Part shown: piece by piece, positions 14,820-30,200 of the stretch
Layout of the letters: each line of letters opens with the position of its first letter
Numbering within the stretch: the first letter of the stretch is position 1
Origin: Chrysomallon squamiferum
Lineage: Eukaryota; Animalia; Mollusca
Direction of reading: 5' to 3'
Length of the DNA: 64,000 nucleotides
Assembly: GCA_012295275.1 (NCBI GenBank)
Contig: CM022672.1
Location: 6,076,001-6,140,000, forward strand
Program-made: the position numbers and the translations under genes
Notes under the pieces: model-generated
The model's input: the letters and a program-made list of their open reading frames with translations, nothing else
What the model was told of the DNA's origin: nothing
The model's database searches: none

Positions 14820-15000
14820 TGTATTGACAGTCGCGCGAAATACAAGTTTGTCGTCTGTCAACGAAGCCACGCCCCTGACATGTTCATTGGCTGCGATCGG
14901 AGATAATCATTATATGCCTCATAAATGAACGACTGCAAAATGAGCGACTTTTACCGAAGATCTGTGCATCAGGAGCTCGGATCGAGGCGTTTAATTCGCC
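14820..15000 (+). promoter_or_regulatory. Candidate Barhl proximal promoter
   Basis: Ordered motifs about 600-750 bp upstream of the ATG: E2F-like GCGCGAAA 14833-14840, inverted TGACAG/CTGTCA pair, Sp/KLF box GCCACGCCCC 14866-14875, reverse CCAAT (ATTGG) 14886-14890, TATA-like CATAAAT 14920-14926. A TSS near 14950 is inferred only. Confidence 0.5.
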
Positions 15001-15585
15001 AACAAATACAAACAGTGCCGAACAGCGACCAAACACGGTGTTTGGTCGATAAGCGAGAGTCTGTGGAAGACGATTTGGAAACGTTGGCGTGCCGAAAAAC
15101 GATAAAACACGAAACCGACTTGCGTGGACTACAGCTATTGAGATGACGAATTAAAGCGGAGGACGGTGTTAATTGAGTTATTGCTGTCTCTTTAAAGAGT
15201 ATTGGGTATTCATAACTTTCGTTTGGTCTTCAGATCTCTTCACACGAGTTGGCAGTCTGATGTCGAATTGGCAGTCTGACGTTTCTTGTCATAAAATAAG
15301 GAAAATTTAAATTTGAAAAGTAACCAAAGAGAACGAAAATAGAGAATTTAAAAAAAAAAAAAAAAAAAGAGAAAATTATGACGTTTTAAAATAATTTTAG
15401 TATAGTATTGTATTTTGTAAAAAAAAACAAAAACATTTAAACACTTTGAATGTGGTGGTGTTTTTTACGTAGCGAATATTTTGATATTTGTGTGAATAAA
15501 ACTGTGCCATCATTCTTTTAGAGGTTTAAAAAAAAAAAAAAAAATTAAAAGGGAAAAATAAATAATTAAAAATTACTAAAAAAAA

Positions 15586-15988
15586 ATGGAAAATTTAAAA
15601 GTTAACTCACCACCGGAGAGAACTGAAGAAACGTCCTCACAGACCAAAGATAAACTGACAAACGACAAAGACGAAGTCTGTGAGATCAGTTCCCCGGCTG
15701 ACTCGGACATTTCAGACAGCGAGAGTTTTGTTAGTCCCAACTCCGCTACTGCCACTACAACTACTACTACGCCAAAGGTGCATCTGAACATTTCTAAACC
15801 GTCGTTTTTAATCTCGGACATTCTCTCGGACAGAGGCCCCGTGCGCCCCGACCCCAGGTACCTGTCCGTTCACCACCACACCCCACTGTTCAGAGACCCC
15901 GAAGATGGAAAGTATCAGCAGAGTGACTTTTTCATGTGCAAAAGAACAGTTTCCGTGCCAGATTCAAGCGATTCTATGCAGAACGATT
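15586..15988 (+). CDS. Barhl: BarH-like homeobox gene, coding exon 1 (N-terminus with FIL/eh1 motif)
   Basis: ATG at 15586 (aaaATGG) has an in-frame TAA 9 nt upstream. The sequence is complex and encodes SFLISDILS (FLISDIL at 15805-15825), an eh1/FIL Groucho-binding motif. A GTAAGT donor at 15989 gives a phase-1 intron that joins exon 2 in frame (T|CT = Ser). Confidence 0.88.
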
Positions 15989-16553
15989 GTAAGTATGAAA
16001 AAAAAAAAAAAAAACAGACTGCGGTGTGTTTATTTCTGGTACCTAGTAAGTGTGACTGCGATTATCGTTCGATAAGTCAGTCGCTTGGATGGATGAATGT
16101 ATGTATGGCAGTTAGCCAATAATCATATTTCATTAAGCTTTTTTTATTTTTATTTTTTATTTTTTTATTTTTTTTAAATGTATATTTTGTTGTTGTTACC
16201 TTTATTGTTATTATTTTTTTTTTTTTTTTTTTAAATATATATTTTGTTGTTGTTACCTTTATTGTTATTATTTTTATTATTGTTATTATTATTATCATCG
16301 TTGTCGTCGTCATCATTTTTGTTGTCATCAGTGTGCTATTTGCTGTTGTCATCGCTGTTTTTACCGTCACACATTCATCGTCTCTCTCAAATTAATTATC
16401 ATCAGTATTGTTTTTATCAAGATTATCATCTTAGCTGTTCTTTTCTGATTATCACAGAAAAATATATTTAATAATTAATAAAAGAATGTTTCTTTTATTA
16501 ATTTTACTGTGACATGAAACATCAGTATTAATTTTTTTTTTAAATTTAAACTG

Positions 16554-16614
<61 letters not shown>

Positions 16615-16931
16615 TTATGATTATTCTTAAGTTTTACATTAATACTAAGAATATACGTAAGTTTTCTCTTCTATTTGTTATCATTTGAAATAAAGTTTAC
16701 ATGAGAAGTATTTTATTATAATGTTATAAAATTTCATAACAAAAACAATATTATGTAAAACTAATAATTTATTATATCAGTTTCACTGACCAAGATAAAT
16801 AATGAATAATTAATTCGCTACTATTAAATTATCAAATATATCAATCTAAGCATTAAATTGTCTTCTTTTTTTTCTTTTTCTTTATCAAAACAAAATTAAT
16901 AAATCTTCGATTTTATGAAATAGGTACAAAA

Positions 16932-16936
<5 letters not shown>

Positions 16937-17023
<87 letters not shown>
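16937..17023. repeat. (CT)n tract
   Basis: Perfect dinucleotide run. Others lie at 5276-5300, 22436-22548, 31051-31104, 42406-42551, 45112-45177, 51946-52049 and 57438-57466. Confidence 0.97.
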
Positions 17024-17029
<6 letters not shown>

Positions 17030-17330
17030 GTCTCTCTTAACACGAATATTTAAAATTAATTTGATGTTTCTGTGACAGTTATAATAAATGACTGCTTCAT
17101 ATTAATTTTATCAACTGAAATAATTCTCTACCTTTTTTTTTGTCAACCAACTACCGTTTCTACGTCATTAAAAATTAATCTTAATTATCGATATATTTCA
17201 AAACTATAAAAATGGTATATAAATTATTATAATTTTCTTTTGTATTGCTAACTTATTTTATTACTTAATTGTCAACACCTTAACACACCTTTAGTGTCCT
17301 ACTGATATTATATTATTTTATGTTATATTA

Positions 17331-17402
<72 letters not shown>

Positions 17403-17591
17403 ATACGTTATAAATAAACCATCTTCAAGACAATCTTTTGAATTCTTTTGAATTCTTTTCCATTGCAAGTTAATCTTTTTATAAATTATATTTTTAAGAA
17501 ATTCTCGTTTCCATTTCTAAAACAGGTATCTGTGGATATTACTGAAGAATAAATGTTAAAATAAATATCAAAATTAAAGTAAAAAAATTAT

Positions 17592-17658
<67 letters not shown>

Positions 17659-18202
17659 TAATAATAATAATAATAAACGATCTTTAAAAACTAGGAAAAG
17701 CAACTAGGAAATGTAAAAGAATATAATTTTTTTAAGTATAAGACAAGAAGAATGGAGAGTTTGAAATAGTTATACAACGGCAATGTCATGTTTTATTTAA
17801 ATGTGATTAGACTTTTTTTTTTCAAATGTATTGTGTGCAGCAAGCAATAAAGTTTGAATGAGACCCTGTAATTGAGACTGATCAAGCATTGGGATGTTTT
17901 AATATTTCATTACCTGGATTCAGTAAATATTCTTTTACGTAACGCTTTTAATTCAACCACCCAAAGAGTCTACATTTATTAACCGCACGACTTTCTTTTA
18001 TATATATATATATATATCATCACCTACTGGCCTGTAAGTAATTATGTAGTCGCTTCCTTTAAGTTATTTTAAATACATAATTTAACATTAACAGTACATG
18101 CACATATACAGGCATATTATGTATATATATACATGTACGTGTGTGTGTACATTTATACATACATACATACATACATATATACATACATACATACATACAT
18201 AC

Positions 18203-18240
<38 letters not shown>

Positions 18241-21200
18241 TCAGTAAGTATAAATTTACATATCACTTCAAATAATGAAGCTAATAGTTTAGATGTATTT
18301 CATTCTGAGTGCATTTACATCTGTCATTGAATATATGAACACAGATTTAATTTAGTTTAATTAGTTTTAGCCAGGTGATGTGAGATTTTACTTATATTTT
18401 CTTCAGTTATTATTATACTGTTAATATCTGTCGTATTAAAAAAGTTAATTTAATCTGAATATATTGAGTAAAGATATTTTTTTTACATAATGCATTAACC
18501 AAACTGCAGAACATTGTATATTTGTTTTCTTCAGTAAAGATTATCACTGTAAAAAGGAAATTTCTTTTAATTTAAACGGATTTTACATTAATGAGGCCAC
18601 CGAATGCAACATTTATATTTTTAAATTGTTATAAATGATTAGTGTACATCGTATAAAAAAATATATTTATTTAATTTAAGTAGATTCAGTAAACACAAAT
18701 TAATGTTACGTTATCTGCTATGACATTTAATTTCTAATGTTTGTCAGTTTTAATGTGTGTGTGTGTGTGTGTGTGTGCGTGTTTAATTTAAAAAGATTAA
18801 GTAAACATTTTGTGTAACTGTTAAAAATAATGAGAGTGCGTCCCAATTTTATTTACTTGTAACAGACATTTATTTTGTAAAAAAAAAAATATATATATAT
18901 ATATAGGCCTATATTCACGTAATGCTTAAAATTATGTTACAGCTCAAAATGATTCTTTTTTTTTAACAAAAACTAAATAATCGGCGAAGCTTCTGTAAAC
19001 AATTTAAATAGATTAATTTGATTTTAAATAGATGGGTAAAGAAATAGTTACATATAGCTTAAGCAATAAAACAAAATAAATAATATGTATTTACTTTCTC
19101 CAATGAGTATTTCATTTTATGATCATAAATTACTTATATCTGCATTATTTGAAACTAATACTCTTTGATCATTAGCTTTTTACACGCATGCTATATATAT
19201 ATACATATTAAATAAATTTATATATCAAAATAATTTCGTTTTCTGTTACACATGTATTAAAATTAATTAATTTATTTTTTAACTAGATCGATATATCATT
19301 TATCTAATCAATCTTTACTTCTTTTTATTTCTATTAATTAAATATTTATATTCATCATATCAAAATTCAATTAATTTAAATAAGTTCAGTCAACAACAAC
19401 TCTATAAAGCAAATTGTCAACATATGTTTCTTGCAATAATTATTTCATTTACTTAAAAAACAACAACAAAAACAAAACAAAACAAATTACAAATTAATTC
19501 AGTATAATTTAAACAGATTCAGTTGCGGGATTCACCTCATGGTTAGATCAACCAACCAAGTAGTTCAAGTTGACACTCTGTTTCGCTCTATGACTTTGTC
19601 ATTTTCTTGGTTCATTAATTATTGATAATCTATTCCATCAAAAAAAAAAAAAAAAAAAAAATAGATTTCTACAATGCTATTTAGAATCAATGAACAAAGA
19701 CAAATACTCAATTCCCAATGCAAGCCGCTAAAACGATCACGTTTATTTCTTTCAACGATTTATTTATTTTTATTTTCATAATAATTAATTATTGATGTAT
19801 ATTGTAATAAAATATATATATATATATCTTTTTTATATTTTTGTATATAGATTATGTACATTTTCACAACACCTTACAGCATACAGTCAAAATATTTGTG
19901 ATTTATTTCCTTGCATGATAATTGTTATAATTTCTTTAATTATTTATAACTGTCGCATTAAAAATAAATTTAATTTAAATATCCAGTAAATAAATTTGCT
20001 TTCGGTTAAAACAAACTTTTGTTTGCTTCACTGATTATTTATTTCTCACGTGATTTTAATTTAGATTCATCACATTAAATCTTTCGCGCACTAAATCCAA
20101 TCTAGTAGGTATTTGATTAAACCAGAAAAGTATTCATTTTATTAAACAGATAATATCATATAATATGATATGATATAATATAATATAATATAATATAATA
20201 ATATAATATAATATAATATAATATAATAATATAATATAATATAATATAATATAATATAATTAAATGTAATGTAATATAATATAATTTCTTTGTTTTTCTT
20301 TCTTTTAAATTTGTTTTCATTTCATTCCGTTCAGTTGATAATATTGATTTGTTTCTGTTCCTGTTTACATATGATACAAGAATTCTTGAATTTTAAAAAA
20401 GGAAAAAAACAAAGAAACAGAAAAAAAAAAAAGAAAGAAACTAAATAAAATCTAATGAAATAGTATTTTTAATCTCGAAAGAATCTCTGATTTTATTGAA
20501 ATGAATATTAATATATTGAATCCTGAGTAATTTTTTCTTTATTATAAAATTAAATAAAATGATATAAAACAAAATAAATATTAATTTAGTGATGTAGTTG
20601 ATGTATGTATATATGTATATATAATTGATACCATTTTTATTTTAAGACAGAAGTTATTATATATATATATAGAGCAGTCAATTCGTACGTTTAGTAAAAC
20701 AAAGATAATAAAAACAAAAACATAAGCACACAATTATTTAGTAAGTTACTGATAAACATTACTACTCTATCAGTTATGTAGCTTTCTAATTATAATAATG
20801 ATGATGATGATGATGATGATGATGATAATAACGATGATGACGACGCCAACGACGACGATAACAAGGAGAATGTAATAAAAGATATAACTGTAATTATAGA
20901 AATGAATGTTCTATCAGTCTCTAAATAGAATTTAGTTAATAATAATATACACTTAATAATTATAATGAGATTTTTTATTATTTATCTATTTATTTATTTA
21001 TTTATTTATTTATTCATTCATTCATTCATTCATTAATTCATTATATAAAACTTCAGAAGTCAACTTTTTAATTCATGAGATTACATTTTACGAACTGGGG
21101 CGATCCGGTAATAATCAAATATTAATGAATGTTACATGTTCATTTAATACTGTTGACTTTATTTGCTGTCTCCATGTTTGACGATGTTATTCTTTTAACG

Positions 21201-22433
21201 TTTTAATATTCCGGCTTTTTAAACTGAAATAATTTACTGGTTTAGAAGTAACAGCTCATTTTATTAAACAAATAAATTTAATAAATAAAATAAATAATTA
21301 TATCATTTTCATAAAACAAATCTCTTAGTTCCTTTCTTTCTTTCTTTATTTAATTTTATTTATTTATGTATTTATTTATTAAATTGAATTTTTTTAATTT
21401 TATTTTATTTTATTTGGACCTCAATAATTCGTTCAATTAATTGTTAAAACAGGAACATATATCATTTACTTAAAAAATAAATCATTTAATATTTTTGAAA
21501 ACCACCTTCGGAATATTTAAAATATGTTTATTTCGTTTCTTTGTTTAAAAGTGCGAGCGAAAAATATTTAACATTCACAACCCATTGGCCCACCCACCTG
21601 TCTGAACAGCGATAAAGAAAACAATTCAACATTAGCAACTTGAACCAGTTTCGCACAACAAAAGTAAAACTTTAGCAGTTTGCACCTTTGCCGTCTTTCA
21701 CGGTATGTCAGTCGAATAATGTTACAGCTCACGCTTAAAGAATTTAAATCGTCAAGACAACTTCTTGGTTCGCGTGACGGTCGGTAGCCGACTGACTGGC
21801 TTCACTTCACGTTGAACAAGACGACCGGATCGGGGAGATAACCCGTAGCGGTGTACCCTAAACCTCGTCACAGATACCCCTGCAAGCGGCCTGCCGCCGT
21901 ACCGACGCCAACCACAATGTGCTAAAATCCTGCGTTAACACGGCTAGTGGGCAAGCACATAATTATCTTGAAAGGTGAAACTGTCATCGGAATTTCTAAT
22001 ACGTTTATCGGTGCCAGGAATCGTTCACTTCCTACTCGTACGAGGGGAATTTTTCTACGCTGCCTAAAGTGGATGTTTATCGTTCGTGTTAATAATCTTA
22101 GCGCAGGGTTGAGTCATAAATGCAACACAACACGAATATGTTTGTTTACCCCGTTGCTGCCTTCAGGACAAAAAAAACCTTGACGTTTGTTAGAATGTTT
22201 AAAATGATAGCATTTGTAATGATTACTGAATGAACAAATATTTTTAATGTACATTAACTCGATTTTACTGACACTGAAAGAGGCAATAAAATATCGCTCA
22301 AAGAATTTTTTGAAAAGAAACGGAAAGTGAACATGAAACATTTTAATGGTTAACTTTATGTTTAAGCATTCCTGCAAACTGACATTGTTTCATGGTTCAT
22401 TATTGTCGTATGCATGTCTTTACTTGTATTTGA

Positions 22434-22550
<117 letters not shown>

Positions 22551-24183
22551 TTCAATTTAATATGATATGTCTAGAATTTATACATACTTTACTATTATTC
22601 CATGATAAAAACATTTTGATACATAATTACTGAAATTTCTTTTTTTTTTTTTTTTTTTTTTTTAAATGACTAAATTAATGCTTGATTGTATGTTTTTCAT
22701 TTTAGGGGTTTTCTTTAAAATTAAAACTGAAAAGAACTTTAAATGGAATAGTGGATGAATAGGTTCAAGCAGTAATCAGTCCCCGAAAATTTTTTTTTTT
22801 TTTATAAATATTGTAAAATGTTAAATTTAAAATTAAGATTATAAATTTTGTCCATGCTGTATTTTAAACTTCGTGCGTACCCAGATGTACCTAACGTAAC
22901 AGCTATTACCTTGCATCTCGCCAACGTGAAATGCAGTTTATTTAAATGACCCTAATGTTTGACTCTTAGCAGAGATAACTGCTCACAAAAACTGATACTT
23001 TTGCAGCGGAGAGATAAACAAAACAAAAACAAAACTGAAAGAAAAATCCCCTGGTGATGGTTACCTAACACCGCGAAGAGCCGCGAAGCAGACAACTTTG
23101 ACCAGTGGCGTTTTTACACATCAAACCAGACGACTTTGTAGTCACTTAGAGGATGTTTATCTGTGTCATTTGACCCACAGCTTGTTTGTCTGTTCGTCCG
23201 TGCCACCGTAGCCACATAAATAAAAGTATTAACGTGGAAAAAGGTGTTCGTTTCAATCTTATCTGCTTTTTTGCACTGCATATCCTGTTCTTCGCCGTCC
23301 TTCAGTTTTTACGTCGACTGAAAAGCACACTATAATTACACAAACATAACTCTTTTATTTACGTCGCCTGAATGTTTTGTCAACTGTTGTCTGCGAGTGA
23401 CTCACTGACACCGCAGTTTTAAAATGAATGATACGATTGCGTTACGACGGAAAGTCGCGAATGCGTAAAGGTTAAGTAGATCTTTTGAAGCTTTTGTTGC
23501 AACGTGTAAATGAAATCTTCTTCAGACGGGTAGATTCATTTGCGTGGGTCGTGTATGAGCATATTTTGTTATATAATAGTGGCATGAAGCTATTTGTATT
23601 TGGCCAAAAGAATCACTAAGGCGAGAAAGGCAGATTACGATGATACGAGTTATTAATAGGAGTACGCTGCAATATACAAAGATTTTTAAATGGATTTAGA
23701 CTGTTCTGTTTTCATAAATCAATTTAAATTCCTGTTCAGTGAATATGAGAATTAAAAATACAATGCGTGCATTTCAAGCGTCTTAAATTCATCTCAGATT
23801 TACTAATTTCGTCATCAGAAGAATGGGAGTGGAGAATTACGAATTAATAGAATATTATAACACGACTGTATTTTACAATACAAAATTATCATCAGCATCA
23901 TCATATGTAAAAACAACAAGAGCAATAACAATAATAATAATCAAACGAGTCGTATGCCTGTCTTAAAATAAATAAATAAATATTTATGCAACTTACAATA
24001 ACAGTTACTTTCATATTTACTGAAGCCAAGTAACACAAGTTGATGAAATAACAAATAACCCAAGTGCAAGTATACTGAAATATGTACAATGCACATGCAC
24101 AGAGATATAAAGACATTTAAATAGATTCAATTACTAATTCTTCAGATGGTTTTGGAGTCAAGTTTTTACTTTGGTTTATTTTT

Positions 24184-24215
<32 letters not shown>

Positions 24216-24359
24216 GTTAGTTAGCTAGTTAGTTTTCTGTGATCTTTAATATATTTAATTGCTAACAATTTCTTTAAAATTTATTTAATAATTATTTATA
24301 AATTATTATTTCTCGCAAAAAGAAATGTATTTATTTATTACTTTAAGTATATTTATTTA

Positions 24360-25057
24360 TATGTTGTTATAATTATTATTATTGTTGTAACTGTATTGTT
24401 GTTGTTATTATTATTACTATTACTATTATTACTATTATTATTATTATTACTATTATTATTATTACTACTACAACTATTATTATTACTATTACTATTACTA
24501 TTATTATTACTATTATTATTATTACTATTATTATTACTATTATTACTAATATTATTATTACTACTACTACTACTATTATTATTACTATTATTATTATTAT
24601 TATTACTACTACTACTGCTACTACTACTATTATTATTACTATTATTATTATTATTATTACTATTATTATTATTACTGCTACTGTTATTATTACTATTACT
24701 ATTACTATTATTATTACTATTATTATTACTATTATTATTATTACTATTACTATTACTACTACTATTATTATTATTATTATTATTACTACTACTATTATTA
24801 TTATTATTACTATTATTATTACTACTACTATTACTATTATTATTATTATTATTACAACTACTATTATTATTATTATTACTAATATTATTATTATTATTAT
24901 TACTATTATTACTACTACTATTATTATTATTATTACTATTATTACTACTACTATTATTATTATTATTGTTATTATTACTACTACTATTATTATTACTACT
25001 ATTATTACTACTACTATTATTACTACTATTATTATTACTATTATTGTTATTACTATA
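24360..25057. repeat. ~700-bp (TTA/CTA)n compound microsatellite abutting the exon 2 acceptor
   Basis: Directly visible; explains the 220-aa poly-Leu and 253-aa poly-Asn/Ser ORFs. Confidence 0.97.
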
Positions 25058-25058
25058 A

Positions 25059-25439
<381 letters not shown>

Positions 25440-27115
25440 TAGTTATTGTTATTGTTGTTATTATTATTATTGTTATTATTGTTATTATTATTATTAGCAT
25501 CAGAGTTTGCGAAAGTCCTTAAGACGGTAGTTTATTTCGTAATATATTTGTTTTTTCGTTGTTTATTTAAATAAATTTTAGAACACAGTACTAAAATAGA
25601 AGGTGAGCTTTTTAAAAATTAATGAGATAAAAGAAAATGAGGTGAGTTACATTTAACTCAGGTGTAATTGAAAACTTAGTACGGGAATAGAAGATGGTGA
25701 TTTAAAACTAGTCATCACGCAAGGACAAAAAAAAATTAAAAAGAAAAATTAATTAAAATTGCTACTGTCGAAACGAGAGTTTTCAAAACACTGAATATCA
25801 AATTTTTAAATGATTAAATCATCATCATCATCGTCGTCGTCGTCGACATAAATTAGTAAAAACAAAAATACGAATCAAAACGAAGGTGAATTTTTAATTA
25901 GAACTAATTCACCTATGTGGAGTTCATAACGGTAACTTGCTAATACAATAACCAGCTTCCAAATGCACCCACTAACTTTAGTCTGAACCTAGTTATGTTG
26001 TAACTTACCACATCTCTCCCAGAAAATCAATTTCATCCGAACCGAGACTGCGTATTTGTATAAAAAAAAAACAAGAAAATTCATTAATCTGATCCAAAAG
26101 ATGAAAAAAAAAAAATATATATATATATATATAAGAAGAAGAAGAAGAAATATTAAGGAAAAAAAGGAAATGTGTGAAATGACAACCATTTACAGTACGT
26201 CCCCTCCTATTGGTCTAGGGCAGATTACAGAGACAAGACGCGCGCTCCTTCCTTTCGCTTTATGTTACGGCGTGTTTAATTGGGCGATTAATGAGTGTAT
26301 TTTAGCAGCGAAAAACGTATACACCAGTGTAAAGTCAATACCAAGGATGGTGTGTAATAAAATGTCGCTTTTGACCACACATGGTGATTTCATAGCCAGG
26401 CTGTCAAAGCAGCGCTGAAAATGTCGCAGAAACGTTCAGCTTGATGCTGGAGCGAATAAAAACAGGCTATGATTTGCAATTTGTTTTCGTTCGCCTTCAA
26501 AGACATCTAAGTGTATTTTAAGTAAAGACACACACGATTCTAATTTATCTCTTTGTGCGATGCGTTCTTTGCCATTTTACTTACTAATCTTGTTCAATAT
26601 TTGCCGAAACGTAACGTCTTAAACTGTTATTAAATCTCGCCAGCTCGCGAAGATGGCGTTTCAACTGCAGCTCGCGCGTTTTGGCGGGAGATATTGGATG
26701 TAACCAAGTGACACGGGTGGGCCTCGATTACCGCGGCCGTGTTTGCGTGCATGCGACTGCATTAATTCGAAACAGAGCATCAAAGTAGGCGCTTACTTTG
26801 TAACCCTGGGTGTAGCAATAAATAATAACTAATAAAACGTTATATTCTTGTTATATTGAGTTGGATTTATTGTCGTCTGGAGAAATATTTTTTTTAATTT
26901 TTTTATTTTTATTTTTATTTTTATTTTTTTTACTGTTTATTTAAACTGACTAACATGTCCAAACTGGTACAGATATATAATAATTTGCGAATACTTTTAT
27001 AAACCCGCACACACACACGCGCGCGCTTATCTAAATTTCGAAATTTTATACGCTGATATTTGTTAACAATCTCCACATAGTCTTATTTTTCTGTCTCTAA
27101 ATAGCAAAAATATTT

Positions 27116-27146
<31 letters not shown>

Positions 27147-27799
27147 TTTTATTTTATTCGTTCATTCATTAATTTATTTATAATCATATTTACCTTCTTC
27201 ATGCATGTTTTCGTTCATTCCTTAATACAGATCTTTGTCTGTCGTGCGTTTTCTCGTATATATTTCAACTCAAATAAATAAACCTAACATAATGAGAGTG
27301 GCCATAAAACGTTTTATATTAAATTTGTTCCATAAAACTGTAGAAAAACAGCAATAATAATTAATCATTACTTTGGATTCCAAGATGATACTGCATTTGT
27401 AATTTTTAAAAACAATAATCCATAATTTTTATAACCTCTTTATAAAAGGATCTTCTATTTTCTACTTTACGTTTTTTTTTTTTTCTGTTTGTTTTTTTTT
27501 TTTTTTCTTTTTTTTTTTTTTAAACTTCCTATGCCTTCTGTGTAATAATCAAAATAACATTTTCATCGCTTAAAGACAACAAAGCAAGTGTTCTTTCAAA
27601 TGCGGGTTTCTTATTGAAACTATTATTAACGTTTAATCAAGTGATGAAATGAAACAGTGCAGGTTTTTTTCTGTTGCCATATGTCACTTTCCTCCAAAGA
27701 AATACAACAAAATTAGTGTTTTTAAGTGAACATTATATCGTATTTAATAACTGTTTTACTTCTTTCGTGATGGCAATAAATGTACAAATAATAGTTTTA

Positions 27800-27830
<31 letters not shown>

Positions 27831-27957
27831 GAATAAGAAATAAAATTTAAAAAAACAAATAAAATTGAAATAAATGATGTAAAAATTAAAACTGATTAAA
27901 ATTATATTAAATTATGTTACAGATAAAAATAAATAAATGAATGTAAATGAAAACTAA

Positions 27958-28103
27958 AAATTAAATAGAAAAATGAATACAAATATGAATACATAAATTA
28001 AATAGAACATGAATATAAATATGAATACATAAATTAAATAGAACATGAATATAATTATGAATACATAAATTAAATAGAAAATGAATACAAATATGAATAT
28101 ACA
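27958..28103. repeat. 36-bp AT-rich minisatellite, ~4 copies
   Basis: AAATTAAATAGAA recurs at 27958, 27995, 28031 and 28067. Confidence 0.9.
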
Positions 28104-29949
28104 AATTTCAATACCATTTTTTTTTTTTTTTACAAAAACTAATTTACAATTAATTTATTTTCAAATACCCGAAATGCGGGTTTCACTAAAACACGAAGAA
28201 CAAAATAACTTCATAAACAAAACAAAACAAAAAACAAATGAAATTCACATTCGTCACCAGGTACTAGAGACATGAAAGCTTTTAACATATGTTGGAACCG
28301 AAGTGGCAGAATGTGTTTCAAACCGAAAACAAAATTTTTAAAGAAAGAAAAAAAACAAAAAAACAACCAGAGTACCTGACAATAAAAGAAATCAGACGAC
28401 AGATGACTAATAATGAAAAATGTATGCGGGTTGCTCCTTAAAACAAATCTCGAAGAGAGGGAAAACGGGTGCCCATTTAAACGTCGTGTATCGACCTGTC
28501 TGGGCTTCTTGCACCCCCTTCGGTTCCCGCAAGTGGCCCCGGGAGATTCATTAGTCTGTCGATTTATTCATAACCCCCTCGCAGCCTCTGTTTCGTAGTC
28601 GACCCGCGCCGCCGCGTTAACGCTAGAGAGATTACGAGATTTGGTCATTGATATTTAACGATAATGTAATAGCATTTAATTAACTGCGATAGCTCTGCCA
28701 GTTTTGCTGAACTCCGCGCCAATCTCGGGGGCTCTCTCGCTCAGCCTCGCTGCCGCTCGTCATAATGGCCGTCACGAGGAGATGGTTACGATTGCCCGAA
28801 TGGCTAACAGAAAGCCGACATATGGGCGTAATACAAACAGAGTGTATTCACGCGAGACTTGCCGGAGAAAGACGACAATTATTACAGCGTCAAGTGCTGA
28901 AAACGTCCTTTGCTGCTGAAGTCTGATGACAGAAGTTTAGCCCGAGGCCGTCATCTCAGATTAGTGGGCTCACGCGGGGATTTCGACAAAACTCCAGTAA
29001 ACGACTCTCGTGCTCTAATTGATGTCGCACAAAAACACTCTTTTCGCTGGCTTCCTTGTGAGCTTCTTCCGTGTAGGTTCGTCGCTAAAAAAAACCTCTC
29101 GGTTTGTCGTTTAAATGTAAGCTTTTGATCGTTAGCGGTGACACGAATGTTTGTAGAAACTTTCAGTTTGATCATTTTCACAACCACGTGGGTGCAAGCT
29201 GGGTTTCAAGTTGAAGTCTAAATTTACAACAAAATAAAAAATAATAAAAAATAATAAAAAAAAAAATTCTATATCTTAATACCTGGTTTAATAATTAAAC
29301 ATATAATTAATTTAATTTAGTTTTTAATAATAGTTTTATGGATTTCGAATAAATATTAACTGTTACTGATGGCAATGCAGATTAATTATTTTCAAAACTC
29401 TTAATTTTGTTTATTTTTTAAATTTAATTTCATCCTTTGTTATTTTAATTGTATATAATTATGTTATTTGTTTTCCCAAACCGAACGTTTCCGTGTTAAT
29501 ACAGTCACAGAAAAAAAAAATTAAAAATAACGTTTGCAGATTACAGATTTAAATAAAAATAACTGTCCGCAGGTCCTTAAACAGATTCTACTTTTTTTTT
29601 TTTTTTTTTTTGCACTTTCACTGACCTTTTTCACAAACATTTTGGTAAAAATATATATGTGTATATAATACTAAATTTAATAACATTTTGAAATAAAAGA
29701 AACAACAATGAACAAACCTCTGTTAGTGAAAAGTTGGAACAGAAGTCTAAAATAACGAGAACACTCGACAACTCGCCGTTATTTCTAACCAGTGAGTAAA
29801 TTGCTTGGATCAACGATAGACAGGTTTTTATTAAACTGTTATCTCATGAATAACGTAAACTTCAGTATGTAAGTACAGCAGTTATGAGACGTTTTCAATA
29901 GTACAACCAAAATGAACACACGTAAAATGATTCATAAATAATGACTGAT

Positions 29950-30200
29950 CAATAAACACTCTCCTTTTCTTTGTTCGTTATCTAAGTGGTAATTAATATC
30001 ACTCGCCTTTTCTTTATTCACTAAATGAATCATTAATAAACATTTTGCTTTTCATTCTTTATTTCTTATCAGCTGAATACGTAATGAAGAATCGCCTCTT
30101 CTCCGTTCATTTTAAATTGTATGATTAAAACGCACTCGCCTTTTTTTCATTTGCTGTAAGACGAATAATTCATCAGCACTCGCCTTTTTTATAAATTCAG
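29950..30200. repeat. Decayed ~44-bp tandem array with conserved CACTCGCCTTTT core
   Basis: Core or variant at 29957, 30000, 30041, 30089, 30133 and 30177, with diverged sequence in between. Confidence 0.65.

Noticed and set aside
15989-16122. C-terminal part of the 178-aa ORF (CKYEKKKKK...)
   Set aside because: Read-through past the GTAAGT donor into intron 1. The tail of ORF 25113..25442 after 25300 is the same kind of artefact.
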